This document shows, piece by piece, positions 51,408 through 59,468 of a stretch of DNA of 62,167 nucleotides. Position 1 is the first letter of the stretch. Every line of letters starts with the position of its first letter. The stretch covers positions 1 through 62,167 of the forward strand of contig JASHSP010000118.1 of assembly GCA_030038655.1 (NCBI GenBank), in the 5' to 3' direction. The notes below the pieces were generated by a model. It was given only the letters and a program-made list of their open reading frames with translations, was not told where the DNA came from and searched no databases. The translations under genes and the position numbers were made by a program. This stretch comes from Thermoplasmata archaeon (GTDB taxonomy: Archaea; Thermoplasmatota; Thermoplasmata; Lutacidiplasmatales; UBA184).

Positions 51408-52376
51408 ATGCCGTCCGGACCCACGGGGCGCCCGGTCGTCGTGACCGGCGGCGCCGGCGCGATCGGATCCGTCCTGGTGCGCGCGCTGCTGGAGCGCGGG
51501 GACGAGGTACGGGTCATCGACAACCTATCGAGCGGTCGACGGGGGTACCTGCCCGACCCCGCCTCCTCCCCGCGGCTGACGCTGACGGTCGCGGACCTCC
51601 GCGAACCGGAACGGTACGGCGAGCAGCTCCGCGGGGCGGCCGAGGTCTGGCATATCGCCGCCAATCCCGACATACGCCTCGGCACGGCCGACCCCCGGGT
51701 CGATTTCGAGGCGGGGACGGTTGCGACGTTCCACGTGCTCGAACAGGTCCGGCGCGCGGGGGTGCCCCGGATCCTGTTCTCGTCGTCCAGCACTGTCTAC
51801 GGCCGCCCCGACCGGTTTCCCACGCCCGAGGAGTATGGTCCGCTCCTTCCCCAGTCGCTCTACGGGGCGGCCAAGCTGGCCGCGGAGGGGCTCCTGAGCG
51901 GGTACGCGCACACCTACGGTCTCAAGGCCTATGTCTTCCGGTTCGCCAACATCATCGGGCCGGCGATGACCCACGGGATCCTGCACGATTTCTTCGAGAA
52001 GCTTCGGGTCGACCCGCGCCGCCTCGAAGTGCTGGGGGATGGTCGTCAGGCGAAGAGCTACCTCCGGACGGAGGAGTGCGTGGACGGGATGCTGGCGGTG
52101 GCCGACCGCGCCGCCGACGCGGTCAACCTCTACAACCTCGGCACGCACGATCGGATCTCCGTCCGGGAGATCGCCGAAAAGGTCGTGGCCGCGCACGGAG
52201 GCGGGGCCCGCATCGAGTACACCGGTGGGGAGAAGGGCTGGGCGGGGGACGTCCCCCAGCAGCTCCTCTCGATCGACAAGGCGACGCGGCTCGGATGGAC
52301 GCCGCGCCGGACCAGCGCGCAGGCGATCGACCTCACGATCGCCGAGATGGTCCGTACGCGGGGAGTGCACGGGTAG
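51408..52376 (+). CDS. NAD-dependent nucleotide-sugar epimerase/dehydratase (SDR, GalE-like)
   Basis: The sequence is VVVTGGAGAIGS...DNLSSG... with the catalytic motif YGAAK. Confidence 0.9.
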   Translation: MPSGPTGRPVVVTGGAGAIGSVLVRALLERGDEVRVIDNLSSGRRGYLPDPASSPRLTLTVADLREPERYGEQLRGAAEVWHIAANPDIRLGTADPRVDFEAGTVATFHVLEQVRRAGVPRILFSSSSTVYGRPDRFPTPEEYGPLLPQSLYGAAKLAAEGLLSGYAHTYGLKAYVFRFANIIGPAMTHGILHDFFEKLRVDPRRLEVLGDGRQAKSYLRTEECVDGMLAVADRAADAVNLYNLGTHDRISVREIAEKVVAAHGGGARIEYTGGEKGWAGDVPQQLLSIDKATRLGWTPRRTSAQAIDLTIAEMVRTRGVHG

Positions 52377-52411
52377 AGCCCGTGGCCCGCCGTCGGACGA
52401 GGGGGGAGCGG

Positions 52412-53236
52412 TTGGGGACGGTCTGCGTGGAGATCGCGGTCAAGGACGACCCGCGCCTGCTGGCCGCCCTGGATTCGCTCGACAAGCAGACCCGGCGGCC
52501 CGACCGAGTGCTGATCGCCGGGTCCCCCGCGACCCCGGAAGCGCTCGCCTCGGCCGCGACGTCCCGCTACCCCGCGCTGCACGTCGAGCTTGTGCGGATC
52601 CCCGGCGGGCCGGTCGACGCGCGGGCGGAGTCGATCCGGATGCTGGCCGAGGAGACCACGGCGTTCCTCGATTCCGACGAGGTCGCGCCGCCCGACTGGC
52701 TCGCCCGCCTCGTCGCCCCGGTCGAGAGCGGGGCGGTCGCGTTCACGGGGGGCCCGACGCGACCGCTCCGGAAGGCCGAGAACCCGATCGAGCACTACTA
52801 CGAGCTCCTCGAGGCGTCGATCTACGACGACCTCGTGCGCCAGAGCATCACCTACCTCCCCCTCCAGAACAGCGCCTGGCGGACGAGCGTGCTGAAAGAG
52901 TTCGGGTTCGACCCGCTCGTGACGGCCGAGGACCACGACCTCGAGACGCGCGTCATCCGCGCCGGACTGAACGGCGCCTTCCTGCCGGACGCCTGGGTGT
53001 ACCACGACAAGAGCAACGAGACGAGCTACGTGCGCTGGGCCCGGAAGCGCTACCTCTACCTGTACCAGATGGCGATGTCGATCTGGAAGAACGACGAGGT
53101 GGGCCACCGGTTCCGCGAGCGCCGCCGGCCCGTGCGCCACCCGCTCCGGTACGTCGAGGCCGTGATGAAGCCGTTCGCGTTCGTGCACGCCTGGGTCCAG
53201 TGGTCGCGCAAGGGGACGCCCGCGCGCGCCCCGTAG
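52412..53236 (+). CDS. Family 2 glycosyltransferase
   Basis: The TTG at 52412 is preceded by GAGGGGGGAG. The sequence is (M)GTVCVEIAVKDDPRLLAALDSLDKQT...FLDSDE (DxD-like)...EDHDL. The upstream part of the 644-aa track ORF is junk over the epimerase gene. GTG 52427 is the alternative start. Confidence 0.8.
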   Translation: MGTVCVEIAVKDDPRLLAALDSLDKQTRRPDRVLIAGSPATPEALASAATSRYPALHVELVRIPGGPVDARAESIRMLAEETTAFLDSDEVAPPDWLARLVAPVESGAVAFTGGPTRPLRKAENPIEHYYELLEASIYDDLVRQSITYLPLQNSAWRTSVLKEFGFDPLVTAEDHDLETRVIRAGLNGAFLPDAWVYHDKSNETSYVRWARKRYLYLYQMAMSIWKNDEVGHRFRERRRPVRHPLRYVEAVMKPFAFVHAWVQWSRKGTPARAP

Positions 53237-53319
53237 CGGCGCGCCGGCCCGCCGACCGCGCCCCGACCCCCGGGCGCTAGGTTGAAGAACCGTGCGTCCG
53301 TCCCCGTCGCGGGCTCGGG

Positions 53320-53556
53320 ATGGAGACGGTGTTCCTCCTGGTGGAGGTCGACGTGGGCCACCTCGACGAGGTGCACCGCCGCATCAAGGCGGTCCCGAAC
53401 GTCACCGAGGTGCAGGCCGTGACGGGCCCGTTCGACCTCATCGTCAAGGTCGAGGCGCCTCAGATCAACCAGGCGCTCGACGTGGTCGTTCACCGGATCC
53501 GCAAGATCCCGGGCATCAAGTCGACCGAGACCCTCGTGACGGTCTCGATGGCCTGA
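53320..53556 (+). CDS. Stand-alone Lrp/AsnC-type ligand-binding (RAM) domain protein
   Basis: It is 78 aa: VFLLVEVDVGHLDEVHRRIKAVPNVTEVQAVTGPFDLIVKVEA...IPGIKSTETLV. Confidence 0.8.
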   Translation: METVFLLVEVDVGHLDEVHRRIKAVPNVTEVQAVTGPFDLIVKVEAPQINQALDVVVHRIRKIPGIKSTETLVTVSMA

Positions 53557-53570
53557 GCGGGCGGGTCCGC

Positions 53571-53585
53571 CTCATATACGCCCCG
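53571..53585 (+). promoter_or_regulatory. TATA-like box of bcp
   Basis: cctcatatacgcccc ends 16 nt upstream of the ATG at 53602. Confidence 0.45.
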
Positions 53586-53601
53586 TCCCGTGGCGGGTCC
53601 G

Positions 53602-54042
53602 ATGATCGCCGTCGGAGAACCCGCGCCCGATTTCGAAGCCCCGAACCAGGACGGAACTCCGTTCCGCCTCTCGTCGCTGAAAGGATCGCCGGTCGTGCTC
53701 TACTTCTACCCGAAGGCGGACACGCCCGGATGTACGGTCGAGTCGAAGGGGTTCCAGGAGCACCTGCCGGAGTTCGCGAAGGGCGGCGTGCGGATCGTCG
53801 GGGTCAGCGTCGACGACTGCCCCGCGCAGCTCGCGTTCGCTCGGAAGTACGGCCTCGCGTTCCCGCTCATCGCGGACTCGAAGAAGGAGGTCTCGGGGCG
53901 GTACGGCGTCCTCGGGCCGCGCGGCGTCGCCCGCCGGGTCTCGTTCCTGATCGACCGCGACGGCACGGTCGCGGAGGTCGTCGACTCGTCCGCCCCCGAC
54001 CCGCACGTGGCCCGGGCCCGAGCCCGGTTCCTCGCGGCGTAA
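53602..54042 (+). CDS. bcp: Thiol peroxidase / peroxiredoxin Bcp
   Basis: The sequence is MIAVGEPAPDFEAPNQDG...VVLYFYPKADTPGCTVE...FPLIADS. The start is moved to the ATG at 53602 from the track GTG at 53590. Confidence 0.9.
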   Translation: MIAVGEPAPDFEAPNQDGTPFRLSSLKGSPVVLYFYPKADTPGCTVESKGFQEHLPEFAKGGVRIVGVSVDDCPAQLAFARKYGLAFPLIADSKKEVSGRYGVLGPRGVARRVSFLIDRDGTVAEVVDSSAPDPHVARARARFLAA

Positions 54043-54051
54043 CGCCCCGGT

Positions 54052-57000
54052 TCAGGGCCGCTCGTCGGCCCCGTCCGCGGGCGGCGGGCGGACGCCGGCC
54101 CGCGGAGACCGGCGTCCGGAGAAGTTCCAGGCCCGGTCCCCGAGAAGCTGGAGGGTCGCCGGCACGAGGTACGTCCGCACGACCATCGCGTCCAGCAGGA
54201 CCGCGGTCGCGACCGCAAAGCCGATCGCCCGGATCAGCGTGAACTCGCCCACCGTCAGCGAGGCGAACGCGCAGGCGAGGATCACGGCGGCCGCGGTGAT
54301 GATCCCTCCGGTCCGGCCGAGCGACTCGGCCACCGCGGGACCGGCGGTCTTGCCGCGGAGCCGCTCCTCGCGCACCCGCGTGAGGAGGAAGATGTTGTAG
54401 TCGATCCCCAGTCCGAGGACCAGCACGACCAGGATCGTGCGGACGTAGAAGAACAGCGGAAAGCCGAGGAGGTCGCGGAACAGGAGGTCCGTCACCGCCC
54501 ACGCCCAGCCGATCGACAGCCCGATCGTGCCGACCGCCATCAGCGCGATGATCCACGACCGCAGGACCGCGAGCAGGACGCCGACGAGCCCGACCGTCAC
54601 CGCCACGAGCATGACCTCGGTCGCGAACGTTGTCTCGGCCGCGAGGTCGCGGATCACGGGCGCTCCGCCGCCGAACGCGAGCTCCTGGATCTCGGGATGG
54701 CTCGATTGGTAGGCATCGAACGAGGCGGTCACCCCCTGGACCGCCCTCACCGCGCCCTCGGAGAGACCCGTGTCGTTCGTCTGGAGGGTGAAGAGGACCG
54801 TCCGACCGTCGATCCCGACGTACGGGGCGAGCGTCCCCAGCAGGTTCGCCCGGGTCGCAGGCAGGGCGGTGGAAAGACCCAGCCACTGCGGGACCGTCGC
54901 GCCGTACGGCCCGACCGGCGAGAGCACGGAACGGATGCCGGACGCGTTCGCGGCGATCGACGTGAGCTGGGCGACGTCCACGAACTCGGTCGCATTCGAG
55001 ACGTTGCGGACGACGAGCGGCGCGGCGAATGTCACGAGGGCGAACGACGGTACGGCGTACCCCGGCCCGAATTGCTGCCCGAGCTCCGCCAGGCCGTCGG
55101 TCGCGGGGTGGCCGCTCGGGAGCTGCCCGTAGAAGTCGTAGGAGACCGGCACGGTCACCGCGACCGCGAGCAGCGGCACCGAGACCGCCAGGATGACGGC
55201 GACCACGCTCGCCGGACGCTTCTGCGTGAGGCGGGCGGCCCGGTAGAAATACGTCCGGCCCGCGCGCGTGTTCTCTTCGACCACCGCGGCGTGTCGCCGG
55301 AACCGCGCGCCGGAGTTCGGCCAGAAGATCCTCGGGCCGAGGAGCTTCAGCGCGGCCGGTACGAACGTGAGGGAAAGGAGCATCGTGATCAGGATCGCGA
55401 GCGACAGGACCATCCCCCACTCGGAGAGGAGCGCCACGCCGCAGAACGCGAGCGCGAGGGTCACGATGATCGCCGTCGATCCGCTGGTCGCGACCGACTG
55501 GCCGGCCCAGGTGAGCGACGCGACGACGGCCTCGTCCGAGGACCTCCCGGCGACGAGTTCCTCACGGTAGCGGGCGACCAGGAAGATCGAATAGTCGGTG
55601 CCCACCCCCAGGACGAACACTTCCTCCAGGGCGAGCGAGGAGGAATCGACGTGCGTGATCAGCGTGCCGACCAGCACCGTACCGCCCAGCCCGAGGACGA
55701 GCGCGATCCCGAGGCCCGCGAACGTCACCATCGGCGTGAGCGGGGACCGGAAGTAGATCATCGAGATCCCGAGGAGGAGGCCGACCGTGATCGGCAGTAC
55801 GAGCGCGAGCGACGAGTTCGTCGCCTCCTGCGTCAGGAGGTCGAGCGGCGCCGGCCCCGTCTGGGCGTACGATATCGCACCGGCCGGGTCGGACGCCGCG
55901 AGGGTGGCGGCCGTGTCGTTGGCGATGGTGGCCAGGTCGCCGTAGACGGGGTCCGCCCCGCCCCCGGTCGTGTAGTCGTCCGCGACCCGGAACGTCACCT
56001 GGATCAGGCTCGCGGTGCCGCCGGGGCTCACGAAGTCGTACCGGATCGCGCTCGGCACCGGGAGCGGCTCCGCGCCGAGCGTCGAGGCGTCGACGAGCGC
56101 GCCGGCGAACGTCGTGGCCTCGGCGGCGGTCGGGTCGGCGCCCGGAAACGCCGTCCATACGGTGTCGACCCACCCCGCCGGAAGGCCGGACGCCGACGCG
56201 ACGACCACGCTCGCCACCGACCGGACGACCGTCCCGTTGGTGTAGTTGGCGACCCCCATCGTCGCCAGCACCGTGGGCGCGATCGATTGCGGCGCGGTCG
56301 GGAGCCCGAGGTACGGCAGGGCGAGCGGAAGGTTGGCCCGCTCGACCCCCTCCGCGCACGCCACGACGCCGGCGGGCACCGACTGGTTCGCGCAGTCGGC
56401 CGAGCCGTTGAACCCGGCGTCCGAGGTTCCGTTACCGTTGTAGAACGCCGAGAGGACGGCGCGGGCCGTGGCGTTCGACAGCCCGGACTCGGTCGCGTGG
56501 TACGCGGGGTAGTTCGCCGCCCAGGGCGTGCTCGCGTTGCCCGATTCGAACGACTCCCACGAGGCGAGGTACGTCGCCGGGATCCCCCAGAGTAGCGCCG
56601 CGGTGTTGTTCACGAGCGCGGTGGCCGACGGGGTCCCCCCCTGGGCGGCCCGGATCGATCCGGCCGCCAGCTCGACCTCTCCCGCGAGGTAGCCGGAGTA
56701 GGCGGTGTAGACGTCCGCGACCGACCCGACGTACCGGAGCCGTGCGTCGGCGGTCAGGTTCGCCGTGACGTTCTGGACGACCTCCTGGGCGTGCCGGTCC
56801 GTGAGGTTGGACCCGTAGAGCAGCACCAGGGTCGAGGACCCGCCCGTGTCGTTGGGGAAGAGCGTGTCGAACCGCTGCTGCGCGAGCGAGCTCGGCGAGG
56901 ACGCGGGGGCGCTGTCGGCCGAGTTGGTCGTGACGGAGCCGAGGCGGGAGAGGAACGGCACGGCGACCACGAGCAGGACGACCCAGAAGACGATCGGATA

Positions 57001-57084
57001 GTACGGATGGCGCACGACCCATCGGCCGAGCCCGCCGAAGAGCCGGACGCCGGCATCCGACCGGGCCCTGCCCACGGCCGACAC
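54052..57084 (-). CDS. MMPL/RND-superfamily membrane transporter
   Basis: The 1010-aa protein has two repeats of (large N-x-S/T-rich extracytoplasmic domain plus 5-6 TM bundle). The boxes are GVGTDYSIFLVARYREE and GLGIDYNIFLLTRVREE. The start is GTG, with GGTTATCT on the minus strand ~27 nt upstream. Confidence 0.88.
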   Translation of the reverse strand: MSAVGRARSDAGVRLFGGLGRWVVRHPYYPIVFWVVLLVVAVPFLSRLGSVTTNSADSAPASSPSSLAQQRFDTLFPNDTGGSSTLVLLYGSNLTDRHAQEVVQNVTANLTADARLRYVGSVADVYTAYSGYLAGEVELAAGSIRAAQGGTPSATALVNNTAALLWGIPATYLASWESFESGNASTPWAANYPAYHATESGLSNATARAVLSAFYNGNGTSDAGFNGSADCANQSVPAGVVACAEGVERANLPLALPYLGLPTAPQSIAPTVLATMGVANYTNGTVVRSVASVVVASASGLPAGWVDTVWTAFPGADPTAAEATTFAGALVDASTLGAEPLPVPSAIRYDFVSPGGTASLIQVTFRVADDYTTGGGADPVYGDLATIANDTAATLAASDPAGAISYAQTGPAPLDLLTQEATNSSLALVLPITVGLLLGISMIYFRSPLTPMVTFAGLGIALVLGLGGTVLVGTLITHVDSSSLALEEVFVLGVGTDYSIFLVARYREELVAGRSSDEAVVASLTWAGQSVATSGSTAIIVTLALAFCGVALLSEWGMVLSLAILITMLLSLTFVPAALKLLGPRIFWPNSGARFRRHAAVVEENTRAGRTYFYRAARLTQKRPASVVAVILAVSVPLLAVAVTVPVSYDFYGQLPSGHPATDGLAELGQQFGPGYAVPSFALVTFAAPLVVRNVSNATEFVDVAQLTSIAANASGIRSVLSPVGPYGATVPQWLGLSTALPATRANLLGTLAPYVGIDGRTVLFTLQTNDTGLSEGAVRAVQGVTASFDAYQSSHPEIQELAFGGGAPVIRDLAAETTFATEVMLVAVTVGLVGVLLAVLRSWIIALMAVGTIGLSIGWAWAVTDLLFRDLLGFPLFFYVRTILVVLVLGLGIDYNIFLLTRVREERLRGKTAGPAVAESLGRTGGIITAAAVILACAFASLTVGEFTLIRAIGFAVATAVLLDAMVVRTYLVPATLQLLGDRAWNFSGRRSPRAGVRPPPADGADERP

Positions 57085-57115
57085 GACCGGTTCCGAGAGG
57101 GCGCGGCAGATAACC

Positions 57116-58072
57116 CTAACCCGCTTTCCGTGGCGCGGGGGGCGCGCCGTCCCCCTTGCCGCGGTTCCACAGGACGGGGTACTTCTCGGGGTCGGCGAAG
57201 ACCCGGGTCCGCGTCACGACCCAGCCGTGCTTGACCGGGCCGGTCTCCGACGACCCGAAGGCGGCCACGCCGGTCGCGACCAGTTCGCCCGTTCGGGAAA
57301 CGAGCGCGAGGTGCGCGCCTCGGGCGAACGGCCGCGAGCTCGAGACGATCCCGCCCTTCGCCAGCCCCGCGCCGTGAGCGACCGCGCTCGCGGCGCCGTC
57401 CTTGAGGACGAGCGTGGGGAACTCCTTCCAGACCTCGTCGATCGGATGCAGGACCGCGAGGAGCGGCGCCGGGTCCCCGGCGCGGTAGCTCGCCTCGGCG
57501 TCCGCCAGCGTCGTGAGCGGCACGACGGTCCGCTCGTCGAACGGCCCGGTCGCCACGCGGCGGAGCTCCTCGAGATGGGCGGCGATGCCGAGCGCCTCCC
57601 CCAGGTCGACGGCGAGCGTCCGGACGTAGGTGCCCGACTCGGCCACGATGTCGAGGAGCGCGTGCGTCCCCTCGGACTCGACCAGCTTGAGGCGATGGAT
57701 CGTCCGGACCCGGCGCTCGCGCTTGACCGCCGAGCGGACCGGCGGGGTCTGGTAGATCGGGCCCGTGAACTCCCCCAGCAGCCTCTCCAGCTCCTTTACG
57801 CCAACGCGGGCGTGGAAGGTGACCGCCCCGACGTACCGCTTCGGAAAGTCGAGCACGAGCGGCAGGAGCTTCAGCGCCGGACCGACGCCGACCCAGAGCA
57901 CCCCCGACACGTTCGGGTCGAGGGTCCCCGCGTGCCCCGCGGTCTCCGCGCCGAGAAGGTCCCGTGCCCACGCCGTGACCTGGTGGGAGGACGGGCCCCG
58001 CGGCTTGTCGATGAGGACGAACGCTCCCGCCGCGAGGCGCCTCCGGACCGGGTCCTCCGGCGTCGCACTCAT
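57116..58072 (-). CDS. cbf5: tRNA/rRNA pseudouridine synthase Cbf5 (TruB family with PUA domain)
   Basis: The start is at the ATG at 58072, which overlaps the cmk stop (ATGA). The sequence is IDKPRGPSSHQV...HAGTLDPNVSGVL... with a C-terminal PUA-like region. Confidence 0.92.
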   Translation of the reverse strand: MSATPEDPVRRRLAAGAFVLIDKPRGPSSHQVTAWARDLLGAETAGHAGTLDPNVSGVLWVGVGPALKLLPLVLDFPKRYVGAVTFHARVGVKELERLLGEFTGPIYQTPPVRSAVKRERRVRTIHRLKLVESEGTHALLDIVAESGTYVRTLAVDLGEALGIAAHLEELRRVATGPFDERTVVPLTTLADAEASYRAGDPAPLLAVLHPIDEVWKEFPTLVLKDGAASAVAHGAGLAKGGIVSSSRPFARGAHLALVSRTGELVATGVAAFGSSETGPVKHGWVVTRTRVFADPEKYPVLWNRGKGDGAPPAPRKAG

Positions 58073-58617
58073 CGGACCGGCTCCTCGTCGTGGGCCCGGA
58101 CCCATGCGACCACCGCGGCGGCGACCTCGGACGGCGGGAGGTGCGTCGAGTCAACGGTCAGGTCCGCGGGGGCGGAGTCCAGGTCGATGTCGTAGAACCG
58201 GCGGTAGCGCGCCCGCTCGCTCGCCTCGCGGGCGAGGACCAGGGCCCGGGCGGACGCCTCGCTCTCCCCGTCGCGCGCCGCGACCCGTCGGACCCGCACC
58301 GCCTCGGAGGCCGTCACCACGATCGCGTGGACCGGGATGCCGTGACGGCGGCAGAGGATGCCCTGGATCCGACCGTCCAGCAGCACCCCGGGCCCCGCGC
58401 GGTCCTGCAGGCGCCGGTCGAGGTCGCGGTCGACCTCGGGGTGGGCCTCCGCGTACCGACCGAACTCCTCGAGCGTGAACCCCCGACTCTTCGCCTCGGC
58501 CCGGAACACGTCGCCCGCGGCCAGGTACTCCAGCCCGAGCGTGCCGGCGACGAGCCGTCCCGCCGTGGATTTCCCGCTTCCCGGGGGGCCGCCGATCGCG
58601 ACCGCCCGGTGGATCAC
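58069..58617 (-). CDS. cmk: Cytidylate kinase, archaeal type
   Basis: The GTG at 58617 overlaps the upstream gene's stop (GTGA). The 182-aa sequence reads (M)IHRAVAIGGPPGSGKST...LLDGR... Confidence 0.88.
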   Translation of the reverse strand: MIHRAVAIGGPPGSGKSTAGRLVAGTLGLEYLAAGDVFRAEAKSRGFTLEEFGRYAEAHPEVDRDLDRRLQDRAGPGVLLDGRIQGILCRRHGIPVHAIVVTASEAVRVRRVAARDGESEASARALVLAREASERARYRRFYDIDLDSAPADLTVDSTHLPPSEVAAAVVAWVRAHDEEPVR

Positions 58618-59468
58618 GCCGAACCCCCGACCGCTCCTGCCGCCGGGTCGGTGGTGCCGAGGGGGTGCTTCTCGAGGTACCGCCGGATCCACACATGCTT
58701 CAGGAGGCGCCGGAAGGCGAGCGAGAACGGGATCGTGTAGAGGCTGAAGACCAGGAACCACCACGGGATCGGAAGGCTCCCGACGTGGCCGACCAGGTTG
58801 ATCGAGGCTCCGTTGAACGAGATCACCTGGTGCGCGGCGCCGGCGCCCGCGATCACGAGGCCGACCCATGTGTAGATGAGGATGAGCAGGAAGTAGGTGA
58901 TCGCCATCCCCTTGAACTGGGCGATCGTGACCTCGCCGGAGAGCCGCGCGAGCTTCTCCTGGTGGGGCCGCAGCGCGGCGATACGGTCCTTCTTCCCCGA
59001 TCGGATCGCCTCCATCTGGACCTTGCGGAACGCGGTGCTCCACTTCTGGACCTTCGCCGCCTTCACCCAGTCGGTCGTGTAGTTGTACGCGATCGAGGTG
59101 ACCAGCATCTCGATCATCGCCGCCACGGCCATGGTCGCGAGCAGGAACGCTCCGCCGAACCCGATGGCCACGTAGAGCGGGCCCGGGTTGGACGCGCTCG
59201 TGCCGAGGGCGCCGGCGAACTGGTTCCGGAGCGCCGGGTCGATGATCATCCAAAGGCCGAGCAGGCCCAGGAAGACGTAGATCATCGTCGAGACCTTGAA
59301 CGTCGGAGCGGGGGGCCGCGGCCTCGGCTCGAGCGGCGCCGGGCCCTCGTCGTCCTCGTCCTCCTCGTCATCCGGCCCGCCGAGGGGGGCCGAGTCGAGG
59401 GGCTTGGCGGGCTCCGCGGGGCCGGCCTCGTCCAGCACCGAACGCAGCGGGGTCTGATCGCCGGCCAT
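58614..59468 (-). CDS. DUF106/EMC3-TMCO1-like membrane insertase (archaeal YidC/Oxa1-like)
   Basis: It has three TM helices with a basic coiled-coil hairpin (KVQKWSTAFRKVQMEAIRSGKKDRIAALRPHQEKLARLSGE) and an acidic N-terminal extension. It occupies the canonical position after secY. Its ATG shares one nucleotide with the secY stop. Confidence 0.8.
   Translation of the reverse strand: MAGDQTPLRSVLDEAGPAEPAKPLDSAPLGGPDDEEDEDDEGPAPLEPRPRPPAPTFKVSTMIYVFLGLLGLWMIIDPALRNQFAGALGTSASNPGPLYVAIGFGGAFLLATMAVAAMIEMLVTSIAYNYTTDWVKAAKVQKWSTAFRKVQMEAIRSGKKDRIAALRPHQEKLARLSGEVTIAQFKGMAITYFLLILIYTWVGLVIAGAGAAHQVISFNGASINLVGHVGSLPIPWWFLVFSLYTIPFSLAFRRLLKHVWIRRYLEKHPLGTTDPAAGAVGGSA

Noticed and set aside
49574-56595. 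Long alternative-frame ORFs: 49574-51793, the 5' part of 51302-53236, 52039-53280, 52130-53188, 53867-55420 and 54697-56595
   Set aside because: Each overlaps a gene with clear family signatures (sulfatase-like, epimerase, GT2, MMPL transporter). Their translations are Arg/Gly/Asp/Pro-rich without motifs.
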